From an uncultured Candidatus Bathyarchaeia archaeon (GTDB taxonomy: Archaea > Thermoproteota > Bathyarchaeia > Bathyarchaeales > Bathycorpusculaceae), in NCBI GenBank assembly GCA_964450845.1, contig CAYVGZ010000015.1, positions 1 to 23,225 of the forward strand: 23,225 nucleotides of DNA, read 5' to 3'. Below, piece by piece: positions 1-8,722 of the stretch. The notes under the pieces are model-generated. The model saw only the letters and a list, made by a program, of their open reading frames with translations. It had not been told where the DNA came from and did not search any database. Positions within the stretch are counted from its first letter, which is position 1. Each line of letters begins with the position of its first letter. Position numbers and translations under genes: made by a program.

Positions 1-2
1 CA

Positions 3-1160
3 TTGTCTTCATTCATCAGCTACTACGGTATCAGCACGTCAGGGTCTTGGGTCTATGACTTGGTAATCACTGGACTTGACAAAACGCATCCTATCTTCAA
101 CGGCGTGCAAAACTTCACATTGTACGATGGACCATTATTGACGGTTGAGCCTTCAGAAGACGCTGATTCAGTTACTTCAGGCATTGCCACAGGGACAGAT
201 GACTGGGGTGTTGGATGGGCAAGCGGCTTCACAGTGGCTGTAAACGAGATGCACGCAACTCCGCATTTAACCTCTAGAATGGTAACTATGTCTGACAGCA
301 ACACGTTCGAATGTTTAGAATACGCAGATTTCATGGTCTGGTATTACACATGGGCATATACTGGAAAAGGAGAAGTAGTGTCAAGAGTTGACACATACAA
401 GGTTGCAGTCAACATGCTTGAATGGATAGATCCACAATTCGCCAACGAACCGCCGACAATCGACTACTTTGACGTCACGCCCACAACAACAAAGCTTGGA
501 GACACAGTAAACGTTGACATAGTTGCCCACGATCCAGAAGACGACAGCTTCAATGTAACGATCGCTGTTCAAAAGCCTGACGACACATGGAACAATGCAA
601 CGGTGCCTTCAGTGGGCGGTCATTGGCTCAGAAGCTTCACGACGGATGTAGAAGGCGAATACGACGTTTATGTAATTGCAGCAGACTACTATGAAGCCAC
701 AACAACAATGCTTATTGGAACAGTCAACGCTGTCAACATGCCGCCAGAAATTGTGTCAGCTACCATCTCGCCGAGCAAAGTTGTTGCAGGTGAAGTCGTA
801 TTCATAACAGTAAACGGCAAAGATGCTGAAGATATTACTCCAGCCAAAATCACGTTGCGCATAATTGATCCAGAGGGCTCAAGTCAGAGCTACAACTTCA
901 CCAATGTCGCCGTTGCCAATGCCGTATTCAACAGCACAGATAAACCCGAAGGCATTTATCAAGTAGAGGTAACGATAGAAGACGCCGAAGGCGCATCGAC
1001 AACTGCTGACATAGGCTTCTTCGAAGTTAAACCCGAATCTGCACCATTCCCAGCAGAAATGGCAACACTTGGCGTAGGCATCATAGGACTTGTGGTCTTG
1101 ATCATAATACTGCTGCTTATCTTTCTGCGATTCCCAGGAAAGCCAAAAACTCCGCCTTAA
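3..1160 (+). CDS. Membrane-anchored surface protein, C-terminal part only; two Ig-like/PKD-type repeats and a C-terminal TM anchor
   Basis: Frame is open from the window edge, so probably 5'-truncated. Two related modules (NEPPTIDYFDVTP...V.I.AHDPE and NMPPEIVSATISP...ITVNGKDAE); acidic Thr/Asn-rich composition; hydrophobic LGVGIIGLVVLIIILLLIFL followed by a basic tail. Confidence 0.75.
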   Translation: MSSFISYYGISTSGSWVYDLVITGLDKTHPIFNGVQNFTLYDGPLLTVEPSEDADSVTSGIATGTDDWGVGWASGFTVAVNEMHATPHLTSRMVTMSDSNTFECLEYADFMVWYYTWAYTGKGEVVSRVDTYKVAVNMLEWIDPQFANEPPTIDYFDVTPTTTKLGDTVNVDIVAHDPEDDSFNVTIAVQKPDDTWNNATVPSVGGHWLRSFTTDVEGEYDVYVIAADYYEATTTMLIGTVNAVNMPPEIVSATISPSKVVAGEVVFITVNGKDAEDITPAKITLRIIDPEGSSQSYNFTNVAVANAVFNSTDKPEGIYQVEVTIEDAEGASTTADIGFFEVKPESAPFPAEMATLGVGIIGLVVLIIILLLIFLRFPGKPKTPP

Positions 1161-1180
1161 AATGCTGGCAAGAACAACCC

Positions 1181-1203
1181 TTTTTTTCTTTATTTTTTTA
1201 TTT
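1181..1203 (+). terminator. Oligo-T archaeal terminator between convergent genes
   Basis: TTTTTTTCTTTATTTTTTTATTT starts 20 nt after the stop at 1160. Confidence 0.45.
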
Positions 1204-1234
1204 ATGCAAAAACATTAAAAAATGAGGTTACGAG

Positions 1235-1786
1235 CTATTCGACAACGTATCGGTAGGCTATGTGTATTCCAGCAGTGGGGCTTTTTCTAATAACCCGCAG
1301 TACGTCTCCAGGGTTGGCGTCTATCGCTTTAACGGATGGGTCTGAAGCCTTAATTTGGGGCAACTGGTAGGGCTGAACCCTATACTCCGCCAGTAGCTGT
1401 TCTACTTCTTTCTGGGTTAATATTTCATGTTTTGGAACGAGCTTATGTTCAAAAAGGTCAAAAACCGGAAAAGTTCTGGGTAAAAGCTCTATGCCCTTCT
1501 TTTTGGCACTCTGTTTAACTGCGTGCGTGTATCTTCCACTTGTGACTATTATTGCCCTTTTCATGTTTGCTTCTGTCATGACTTTCTGCAGGCGGTTAAT
1601 GGATGCTATGCCCACGGTGCTTTCATCTGGTATGCACCATATAAGTGCCTTTTGTTTCTCTTTTGGAACGTTAACAACATAACTGATGGCGTCTTTATGT
1701 TTCTCTTTCTTGATAAGCTTGTATTCTCTCAGTTTGATCAAAACTTCGGCTTTCCGTTCTTCCAAAGTTTCCTCTTTTTTGCTCAA
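1235..1786 (-). CDS. rpoH: RNA polymerase subunit Rpo5/RpoH with an extra N-terminal Rpb5-like (restriction-endonuclease-fold) domain
   Basis: C-terminal ~75 aa match the Rpo5 signature (HKLVPKHEIL...QLPQIKASDP...PGDVLRVIRKSPTAG...YRYVV). Start placed at TTG 1786 behind GAGGT; the ORF track extends it to ATG 1813. Confidence 0.92.
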   Translation of the reverse strand: MSKKEETLEERKAEVLIKLREYKLIKKEKHKDAISYVVNVPKEKQKALIWCIPDESTVGIASINRLQKVMTEANMKRAIIVTSGRYTHAVKQSAKKKGIELLPRTFPVFDLFEHKLVPKHEILTQKEVEQLLAEYRVQPYQLPQIKASDPSVKAIDANPGDVLRVIRKSPTAGIHIAYRYVVE

Positions 1787-1900
1787 ACCATAAACCTCTA
1801 ATTCCGAGAACATTCGAAACCTAAACGAAACATTAGCCCTTTAAACTTTACGCTTTATATTTAAATGTTCAGTGATAGTTTGATTAAACGGTGGCAAAAT

Positions 1901-2488
1901 ATGGTACAAGTGGATGATTCAGATTTAGAGTTTTATCCGTTGACCCCAGAGCGATGGGCAGATTTCGAAAAGTTGTTTGGCAAACATGGAGCTTGTGGAG
2001 GTTGCTGGTGTATGTGGTGGAGACTGAAACGCTCCGAATTTGAGCGTCAGAAAGGTGAGGGCAACAGAAGGGCTATGAAAAGAATAGTTGATTCTGGCGA
2101 AATCCCTGGAATTCTTGCTTATGCTAAGGATCAACCAATAGGATGGTGTTCAGTTGCTCCAAGAGAAGCCTATTCAGGTTTGGGGCGATCTCGAACGCTG
2201 AAACGGGTTGATGACAAACCTGTTTGGTCGATTGTTTGCTTCTTTGTTGCCAAACCGTTTAGGGGCAAAGGGGTGGCAGGGAAATTGTTAAGCGCTGCCA
2301 TTGGGTATGTTGAAAAACAAGGCGGCAAAATAGTTGAAGGATATCCTGTGGAACCTAAAAAAGGTCGAATTCCCGACGCTTTTGCCTATACGGGCTTAGC
2401 TTCTGCATTTCGGAAGGCTGGATTTGTGGAAGTTGCTCGTCGTTCAGAGACACGACCAATTATGAGGCACATTATTGAAGAGAAATAA
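1901..2488 (+). CDS. GNAT family N-acetyltransferase
   Basis: Acetyl-CoA motif CFFVAKPFRGKGVAGKLL; N-terminal GGCWCMWWR and C-terminal YTG...F.KAGF.EV. ATG 1901 preferred over 1865, which sits in the TATA-rich region. Confidence 0.88.
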   Translation: MVQVDDSDLEFYPLTPERWADFEKLFGKHGACGGCWCMWWRLKRSEFERQKGEGNRRAMKRIVDSGEIPGILAYAKDQPIGWCSVAPREAYSGLGRSRTLKRVDDKPVWSIVCFFVAKPFRGKGVAGKLLSAAIGYVEKQGGKIVEGYPVEPKKGRIPDAFAYTGLASAFRKAGFVEVARRSETRPIMRHIIEEK

Positions 2489-2608
2489 GACAGAGCGCCA
2501 TGGCTTTGATTCGGCACTTCAACATATCCTCTTTCAAAACGTTCAAACTTTAGACCCTTCCAATAGGCGAACTCCAGGCAATAGCGATAAGAATTACTTT
2601 CAGAATCT

Positions 2609-3289
2609 TCAAATGTGCAGTACTATTGTTTCAGCGTATTTTTTCATGGTATCAGCGAATTGAGCAATGGTTTCCGGAGAATAGGGTTTAACCGTTCTAA
2701 AGCCTTTATCTAACGTGTCTTCTGGAATGAATTGTTGAAAAGCAAAAGAAGTTTTTGAGCCTTTCACAAGTTCGCCTATTTGGGGTATGTCTTCAGCGTC
2801 AACAAAGCCTGGAACAACCGTCGCTCTAAACTCATAATCCACTTTTCCAGTCTTTAAAATTTCAATGGTGCGCAGAAGTGGAGTTGTGTCTTTTGCTCCT
2901 AATCGAGCATACTTTTCTAAAGAAGTTTTCACGTCTAAAGCGACATAATCCACGTATTGTAGGCATTCTTCCAGCACTTGAGGATAAAAACCGTTCGTGT
3001 CAAGCTTAACGTGGAAGCCTTTTTCCTGCAGTTTCCTCAAAAAAAATGGAATTTCCTTGTGCATCGTTGGCTCTCCTCCTGTTATAGCAACAGAATCAAC
3101 ATATTTCTTGCGACTTTCAAGAATCCTAAGCGCAGCTTCCTCTTGTAGAAACGGCTGTTTCGGATCGACAACTATCCGCCAATTATGACAGAATGGACAA
3201 CGCAAATTGCATCCAGGCGTGAAGAGCACTGAGGCTATTCTGTTTGGGAAATCTATCAGGCTTGTTTTTTGGATGCCGCTGAACTTCAT
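2609..3289 (-). CDS. nrdG: Anaerobic ribonucleoside-triphosphate reductase activating protein (radical SAM)
   Basis: GCNLRCPFCHN (CxxxCxxC), ITGGEPT, LDTNG; typical N-terminus MKFSGIQKTSLIDFP (ATG 3289); 11 nt downstream of nrdD. Confidence 0.95.
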   Translation of the reverse strand: MKFSGIQKTSLIDFPNRIASVLFTPGCNLRCPFCHNWRIVVDPKQPFLQEEAALRILESRKKYVDSVAITGGEPTMHKEIPFFLRKLQEKGFHVKLDTNGFYPQVLEECLQYVDYVALDVKTSLEKYARLGAKDTTPLLRTIEILKTGKVDYEFRATVVPGFVDAEDIPQIGELVKGSKTSFAFQQFIPEDTLDKGFRTVKPYSPETIAQFADTMKKYAETIVLHI

Positions 3290-3300
3290 TGACTTTTCAC

Positions 3301-5427
3301 TTAAGCTGGTATTGGCGTAGATGAAGACATAACTACCGACTTGTCGAAGGTTCTGCGCATAGCGAATTCCGACTGTTTCCCATCGTTCCACTGATCAACT
3401 GGCCTCAAGTAGCCAACAACTCGCGAATAAACTTCGCACTGTGCTCCGCAAGTTGGACATTGTTTGTGTTCGCCGTTTATGTAGCCGTGGGTTTGACATA
3501 TGCTGAACGTAGGTGTAAGCGTAAAATAGGGTAGCCGCGAGTTCCAAGCCACTTTCTTAATGATTTCGGCTGCAGATTCCCATGAATAAAGTCTTTCGCC
3601 CAAGTAAATGTGGAAGACTGTTCCGCCTGTGTAGAGGGTTTGAAGGCTCTCTTGATGCTCTAATGCTTCAAACAAGTCTCCATCATGGTCTACAGGCAAC
3701 TGCGAAGAATTTGTATAGAAAGGTTCAGCATTTTTTTGGACGTTTTTCTGATTAGCCACAATTATGTCCGGATATCTTGCTTTGTCAAGGCGAGCAAGCC
3801 TGTAAGACGTTCCCTCAGCTGGTGTTGCCTCTAGGTTGTAAATGTTTCCCGTTTCTTCTTGGAAGTCTGCAAGCTTCTCTCGCATAAAGCTAAGTGCTTT
3901 TACGGCGAAATCTTTTCCATCGGGCGAGGCTATGTTGCATCCTAACAGGTTCAATATCGCCTCATTCATGCCTATCAAGCCTATTGTTGAAAAGTGATTC
4001 TTCCAATATTTTCCAAAACCCTCTTTGACATTGCGGAGATAACGCCTAGAGTATGGATATAACCCGTTCTCTGTAAAGCTTTCAAGTCCTTTCCGCTTTA
4101 TTTCCAAACTATCTTTAGCGATTTCCATAAGCGTTTCTAAACGTTCGAAAAATTCAGCTTCATCCTTCGCCAAATAGCCAATTCTAGGCATGTTTAATGT
4201 TGCGACACCTATGGAGCCCGTTAACGGGTTTGCTCCAAAGAGTCCTCCGCCACGTTTACGTAGTTCTCTGTTGTCTATTCTTAGGCGGCAACACATGCTT
4301 CTAACGTCTTCAGGTTTCATGTCTGTGTTTACGAAGTTGGAGAAGTAGGGAACGCCGTATTTTGCTGTCACGTCGAAGATTTTTTGAGCTATTGGTGAGT
4401 CCCAGTTAAAATCTTTTGTTATGTTGTATGTTGGTATTGGAAAAGTGAAAACTCTTCCTTTTGAGTCGCCTTGACTCATTACGTCTGCAAAAGCTATGTT
4501 GAACATTTCCATTTCAGCTTGCATATCGCAATAAGTGGCATCAGTCATTTTTCCGCCGAAAACAATCGGCTCATTTTTCATAAATTCTGGAACCGTCAAG
4601 TCCAAAGTCACATTTGTGAAAGGGGTCTGAAAGCCTACACGCGTGGGCACATTCATGTTGAAGAAGAATTCTTGAAGTGCCTGTTCCACTTCTTTCTGGT
4701 TTAATCCATCATAGCGTATGAATGGCGCTAAGTAGCTGTCAAAGTTGCTGAAGGCTTGAGCTCCAGCGGCTTCGCCTTGAAGGGTGTAGAAAAAGTTGAC
4801 TATTTGTCCCAGTGCTGTTCTGAAGTGTTTTGCGGGTTTGCTTTCGATTTTTCCCGAGACGCCGCCGAATCCTGAAAATAATAAATCCCTCAAGTCCCAG
4901 CCAACACAGTAAGGTCCCAAAACACCCAAGTTGTGGATGTGTATGTCTCCAGAAAAGTGCGCTTCAGCGATGTTAGACGGATAAATCCTTGTAATCCAAT
5001 ACTTTGCTATCACAGTAGATGAAAGGTAATTGTTTAAGCCCTGCAGCGAATAGCTCATGTTCGAATTCTCGCGAACACGCCAGTCCTCAATGTCCAAGTA
5101 TTGGTCCACCAAGTCTGCTGAGCTTAGAAGTGCAGCTAACTCTCTTAGGTCTTGATGTTGCTTCCTGTAAAGAATGTATGCCTTTGCTGTTCTCGCATGC
5201 CCGTTTTCTATAAGCATTTTTTCAACAATGTCTTGAATTTCCTCAACTGTTGGAACGCCGTCTTCTCCGAAACGCTTCTTAAGCTCAGCCACAATCTGGT
5301 CGCTCAGTTTTTTTGCCTGTTCACGGTCTTTTCCGCCCACAGCCTTAGCGGCTTTCCAAATGGCTTTTGTTATACGTTCCTGATCGAACGGTTCTAATCT
5401 TCCATCACGCTTTCTAACAATTTTCAT
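3301..5427 (-). CDS. nrdD: Class III (anaerobic) ribonucleoside-triphosphate reductase with N-terminal ATP cone
   Basis: ATP cone (MKIVRKRDGRLEPFDQERI), YCVGW, finger loop SMCCRL, EATPAE, C-terminal metal site C..HG...CPTCG..C and glycyl-radical motif RVVGYLRP. Confidence 0.97.
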   Translation of the reverse strand: MKIVRKRDGRLEPFDQERITKAIWKAAKAVGGKDREQAKKLSDQIVAELKKRFGEDGVPTVEEIQDIVEKMLIENGHARTAKAYILYRKQHQDLRELAALLSSADLVDQYLDIEDWRVRENSNMSYSLQGLNNYLSSTVIAKYWITRIYPSNIAEAHFSGDIHIHNLGVLGPYCVGWDLRDLLFSGFGGVSGKIESKPAKHFRTALGQIVNFFYTLQGEAAGAQAFSNFDSYLAPFIRYDGLNQKEVEQALQEFFFNMNVPTRVGFQTPFTNVTLDLTVPEFMKNEPIVFGGKMTDATYCDMQAEMEMFNIAFADVMSQGDSKGRVFTFPIPTYNITKDFNWDSPIAQKIFDVTAKYGVPYFSNFVNTDMKPEDVRSMCCRLRIDNRELRKRGGGLFGANPLTGSIGVATLNMPRIGYLAKDEAEFFERLETLMEIAKDSLEIKRKGLESFTENGLYPYSRRYLRNVKEGFGKYWKNHFSTIGLIGMNEAILNLLGCNIASPDGKDFAVKALSFMREKLADFQEETGNIYNLEATPAEGTSYRLARLDKARYPDIIVANQKNVQKNAEPFYTNSSQLPVDHDGDLFEALEHQESLQTLYTGGTVFHIYLGERLYSWESAAEIIKKVAWNSRLPYFTLTPTFSICQTHGYINGEHKQCPTCGAQCEVYSRVVGYLRPVDQWNDGKQSEFAMRRTFDKSVVMSSSTPIPA

Positions 5428-5870
5428 TTTTTCACCTCTAAAAGTACACGCTTAAAATCTTCCGGTTCCTCAAACCGTCGATAAACCGAGGCAAAACGGA
5501 TATACGCGATACGATCAAGCTTTTTCAAATACTTCATGACCAAGTCTCCAATCTCTTGGGACAAAACTTCATCTTTGCCGCCAAGCATCAAGTCTTGTCT
5601 TACATGTTCCGCTAATCCGTGAATTTGCTCCATTGTTATGGGTCTTTTTTCGCATGCTTTCTGAAGACCTCTTATAATCTTGTTGAGGTCGAAGCGTTCA
5701 GGTCTACCATCTTTTTTCTTAACCATAAGCTCTACAGTTTCAATGTACTCGTAAGTTGTGAAGCGTTTTCCACAGTCAACACATTCCTTACGCCTTCGAA
5801 CAGTGTTATCTGGCGAATCCCTAGTTTCAAGGGTTTTAAGATTTTCAGACCCGCAATATGGACAATTCAT
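5424..5870 (-). CDS. nrdR: Transcriptional repressor NrdR (Zn ribbon + ATP cone)
   Basis: MNCPYCG...RRRKECVDCGKRFTTYE, ATP cone VKKKDGRPERFD, C-terminal YIRFASVYRRF; ATGA overlap with nrdD. ATG 5870 preferred over 5891. Confidence 0.96.
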   Translation of the reverse strand: MNCPYCGSENLKTLETRDSPDNTVRRRKECVDCGKRFTTYEYIETVELMVKKKDGRPERFDLNKIIRGLQKACEKRPITMEQIHGLAEHVRQDLMLGGKDEVLSQEIGDLVMKYLKKLDRIAYIRFASVYRRFEEPEDFKRVLLEVKK

Positions 5871-5887
5871 GAAATCACTATCACGTT

Positions 5888-5935
5888 TCACAATCCTTAG
5901 TGTTTTATAACCAAAGTAGACGCTAAATGTAGAGT
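5888..5935. promoter_or_regulatory. Tandem NrdR boxes (5888-5903 and 5920-5935)
   Basis: TCACAATCCTTAGTGT and ACGCTAAATGTAGAGT each match 12/16 of the bacterial consensus acaCwAtATaTwGtgt. Starts are 32 bp apart, directly upstream of nrdR. Confidence 0.75.
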
Positions 5936-5940
5936 TTAGT

Positions 5941-5956
5941 TATTTAAATTCTTTCC
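5941..5956 (-). promoter_or_regulatory. BRE + TATA box for the nrdRDG operon
   Basis: Minus strand GGAAAGAA-TTTAAATA just upstream of the distal NrdR box. An alternative TTATAAAA (5903-5910) lies between the boxes. Confidence 0.5.
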
Positions 5957-6172
5957 ACAACAATGATGAAATACTTAGCTAAACATCTTGAGAAAATATG
6001 TGCAACATACACATAATCACGGAAAACAAATAAAGCGAAATAAGCGTTTTTGGAGGAAAGCGCTTCAATTTACAGCCACGTAAAAAATGCTTAAAATTTT
6101 CTCTGTCAAAATCGCATTGTACTGATCAAATCTTTTTCTAAAATGAATGCCAATCGCTAAAGAAGATGAAGA

Positions 6173-7393
6173 TCACTGATTAGTTTTGGCTTTTTCTTTA
6201 GGACTGAGAACAAGGTAAACTGTGCAAGCAATTAATAGTACGAGTGTAAGTGAAGGAAAGACTCCGTAGTATTGGAGATTTGTTGCGAGGATAAATCCGC
6301 TAATTATGGGTCCAAGTGTTTGTCCAACATCCATTATTGTGTCGAGAAAACTCATGGATGTGCCAACCAATTCTTTTGGCGTAAGCTCGCTTATTAATGC
6401 TGGAGTGGAAGCCGTTACTGTTGCAAAACCAAACCCGTAAACCATAACAAGAAGAAGGATGATCCAAAAGTCAGCAACAAATGGGATCGCCAGCAACGGA
6501 AGACCAGAAACTATGCACCCCAAGACTATTGGAATTCGCCTTCCAATCTTGTCTGACACTCTGCCCATATAGGGTCTAGCGAAAATTGCAACGCCTATTA
6601 TGCTTGTAATAATGATGCCTGTCAAGAACTTGTCCAAGTGAGCGACTTCGGGCAGATAACCCGCGAGGAAGAATTCCACAGCACCATAAGCATAGTATTG
6701 GCAGGCTTGGACAAAACTCACCACTAAAACTCCATGACTCCAAGCGACCGTTCGCCACCCACGAAACACTCTTTTAACTGTTTCTTTCATATCTATTTGT
6801 TGAGTAATTTTGGGCTGTTTTCTTTCCATCAAGAAGGGCAAAGCCATAATCAGCGCTGTAATGCCCGCCACAGCTACAGCTAAGTAAAGCGTGTGAAAAT
6901 TGTCGTTTGTAGCGAACAATATGTATCCGCCTAAAGTGGGCGCAATAACTCTTCCAACATATGTTACTGAAGAGAAAAGCGATATGCGTTCTCCCCGCTT
7001 GGATGGAAACAATTCTGCTATTGAGGCTTCGGCGACTGGGACAAAAATTGCCGTTGCAAATCCATGGTAAAACCTGACTAGGATTAGTTGCCACCAAACG
7101 GTTATTAGAAGATACAGGAAAGGGGCAGAAGCAAATACAAATCCCGCTATTAACAAGAATTTCTTTCTTCCAAAAATGTCTGAAAGCGAAGCAGCAGGCA
7201 AACTAATCAAGATTCCTGGAATGGTTGAGGCTGCAGCAACAAAACCTGACCAATCCGTGGGAGTTCCGAGACTCAACGAGAAGGGTTTCAGAACTGGGCT
7301 CTTAGACATTGTTGAGCTTAGAATTGCGAAAAATCCCATAATACAAAGTGTCAAAAATACACTGTTTCCAACATTTCTTGACTGCGAGGGCAT
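6173..7393 (-). CDS. Major facilitator superfamily transporter
   Basis: About 12 hydrophobic segments; motif A in both halves (SLSDIFGRKK, GRVSDKIGRR); GGTGA RBS before ATG 7393. Confidence 0.93.
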   Translation of the reverse strand: MPSQSRNVGNSVFLTLCIMGFFAILSSTMSKSPVLKPFSLSLGTPTDWSGFVAAASTIPGILISLPAASLSDIFGRKKFLLIAGFVFASAPFLYLLITVWWQLILVRFYHGFATAIFVPVAEASIAELFPSKRGERISLFSSVTYVGRVIAPTLGGYILFATNDNFHTLYLAVAVAGITALIMALPFLMERKQPKITQQIDMKETVKRVFRGWRTVAWSHGVLVVSFVQACQYYAYGAVEFFLAGYLPEVAHLDKFLTGIIITSIIGVAIFARPYMGRVSDKIGRRIPIVLGCIVSGLPLLAIPFVADFWIILLLVMVYGFGFATVTASTPALISELTPKELVGTSMSFLDTIMDVGQTLGPIISGFILATNLQYYGVFPSLTLVLLIACTVYLVLSPKEKAKTNQ

Positions 7394-7411
7394 CAAAAAT
7401 CACCTTAAAGT

Positions 7412-8584
7412 TTATTGAATATCATCATCTTCGTCTCCGACATGTTTCTTCTTGTCCCTTATTTTTATGATGAGGATTATAATGAGGATGATTAACGCAA
7501 TTATTAAGGTTGCAATAATTACAATGGCTATAAGAACAGGAATTGAGTTGCAGATTTCCTTTAGACAGTTATAGTGAAAGCCTACGCAAACCAGCATTTC
7601 CGAGTCGTTTATCGTAACATTGTAAATGTTAGGTGTTCCCTCAAGCTTGGTCTTTTTACCTAACATTAATTCCGCAGACTGTTCTGAATATCCAATACCT
7701 GTAAGCAAAGATTGTAAATTGGGATAGTAGTGGAATTTCAGGTGTCTTTCATTTGGAAGATGTTCCTCGAATGCAACAATATATGCACCGTTCGGAGCTT
7801 CGGCAATCGTAGGTTGAGAAGCTGAGTTCTCGATTGTTCTAGTGAACATCCAATTAAGCATATCTGTGGAAGTTGCAAGTCTGACTTGGAAATCTTGGTT
7901 GACAAGAGAGTGATATACACCTAAGTAGCCTCCTTCAGGGTTGTCTATTATCTTTATTGTATCTAATCTGCAGTTCTGATCGTCTTCGGAATTGTAACGG
8001 TAAGCCGATGCGTTAGTTACGTTCTCAAAAACCTCTATTAGTTCCCGTGTTGTCAAATTTTCGCCTTCGATTTCTTTGTAAAAAATCAATTCTCCTGCCT
8101 CATCAATTCCGGCTCCTTGACTAAACAAGAAGTAGGTGACTACTATGCATTTTTTGGCGTTCGGAGAAGTTAAGACTGTAAAGGTTGGATTACCAAATGA
8201 AACCGAGTCTTTATGAGTTTTAATGTTTAACATAGTAAAATTATTTGTTGAGTAATCGTAAAGGAATATTCTCCATGCACTCCAGTTAATTGATGGGCTT
8301 GGTTCAACAAGATTTGCCTCCTGTAAGGCATAATCCTTCCAAAAGATTTCACCGTAATCTCTATCACCTATATGCCCCCTCACGTCCATGGATATTAACT
8401 TCTGATTATAACTCGACTGTTCTGAGGTATTTCCCCAAGCCATGTTTTCCGGGTGGTCTAACGGAATAGTTAGCCAACCTACAGCACTCATATCTTTACG
8501 CATAGTCTCGACGGCGCACAAATTGGTAATTGTAGCGCTTATTGCAAGCAGACAAATCATAACCACCATCAGAAACTTTTTCAT
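7412..8584 (-). CDS. Secreted, C-terminally anchored hypothetical protein, probably a beta-propeller
   Basis: Signal peptide MKKFLMVVMICLLAISA; beta-rich body (LATSTDMLNW, SQPTIA); C-terminal TM followed by KIRDKKK. Confidence 0.75.
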   Translation of the reverse strand: MKKFLMVVMICLLAISATITNLCAVETMRKDMSAVGWLTIPLDHPENMAWGNTSEQSSYNQKLISMDVRGHIGDRDYGEIFWKDYALQEANLVEPSPSINWSAWRIFLYDYSTNNFTMLNIKTHKDSVSFGNPTFTVLTSPNAKKCIVVTYFLFSQGAGIDEAGELIFYKEIEGENLTTRELIEVFENVTNASAYRYNSEDDQNCRLDTIKIIDNPEGGYLGVYHSLVNQDFQVRLATSTDMLNWMFTRTIENSASQPTIAEAPNGAYIVAFEEHLPNERHLKFHYYPNLQSLLTGIGYSEQSAELMLGKKTKLEGTPNIYNVTINDSEMLVCVGFHYNCLKEICNSIPVLIAIVIIATLIIALIILIIILIIKIRDKKKHVGDEDDDIQ

Positions 8585-8722
8585 GTTTACCCATTTCAGT
8601 ATTCATGGTTTGCTAATCTAAAATTATTGGTTAAATGCGAATTAAAAAGTAGGGAAATAGAGGGCTTTTAGAATATTGTCTTCTCTTTCATTTTCTTTCG
8701 CAAGAACTCGTTCTGTTGTTTT

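Noticed and set aside
1490-1786. Active Mrr-type restriction endonuclease fused to RpoH
   Set aside because: The fold is similar but the PD-(D/E/Q)xK catalytic residues are not evident.
2609-5891. Long overlaps implied by track starts 3391 (nrdG) and 5891 (nrdR)
   Set aside because: Family N-termini begin at 3289 and 5870; the extensions are longest-ORF artefacts.
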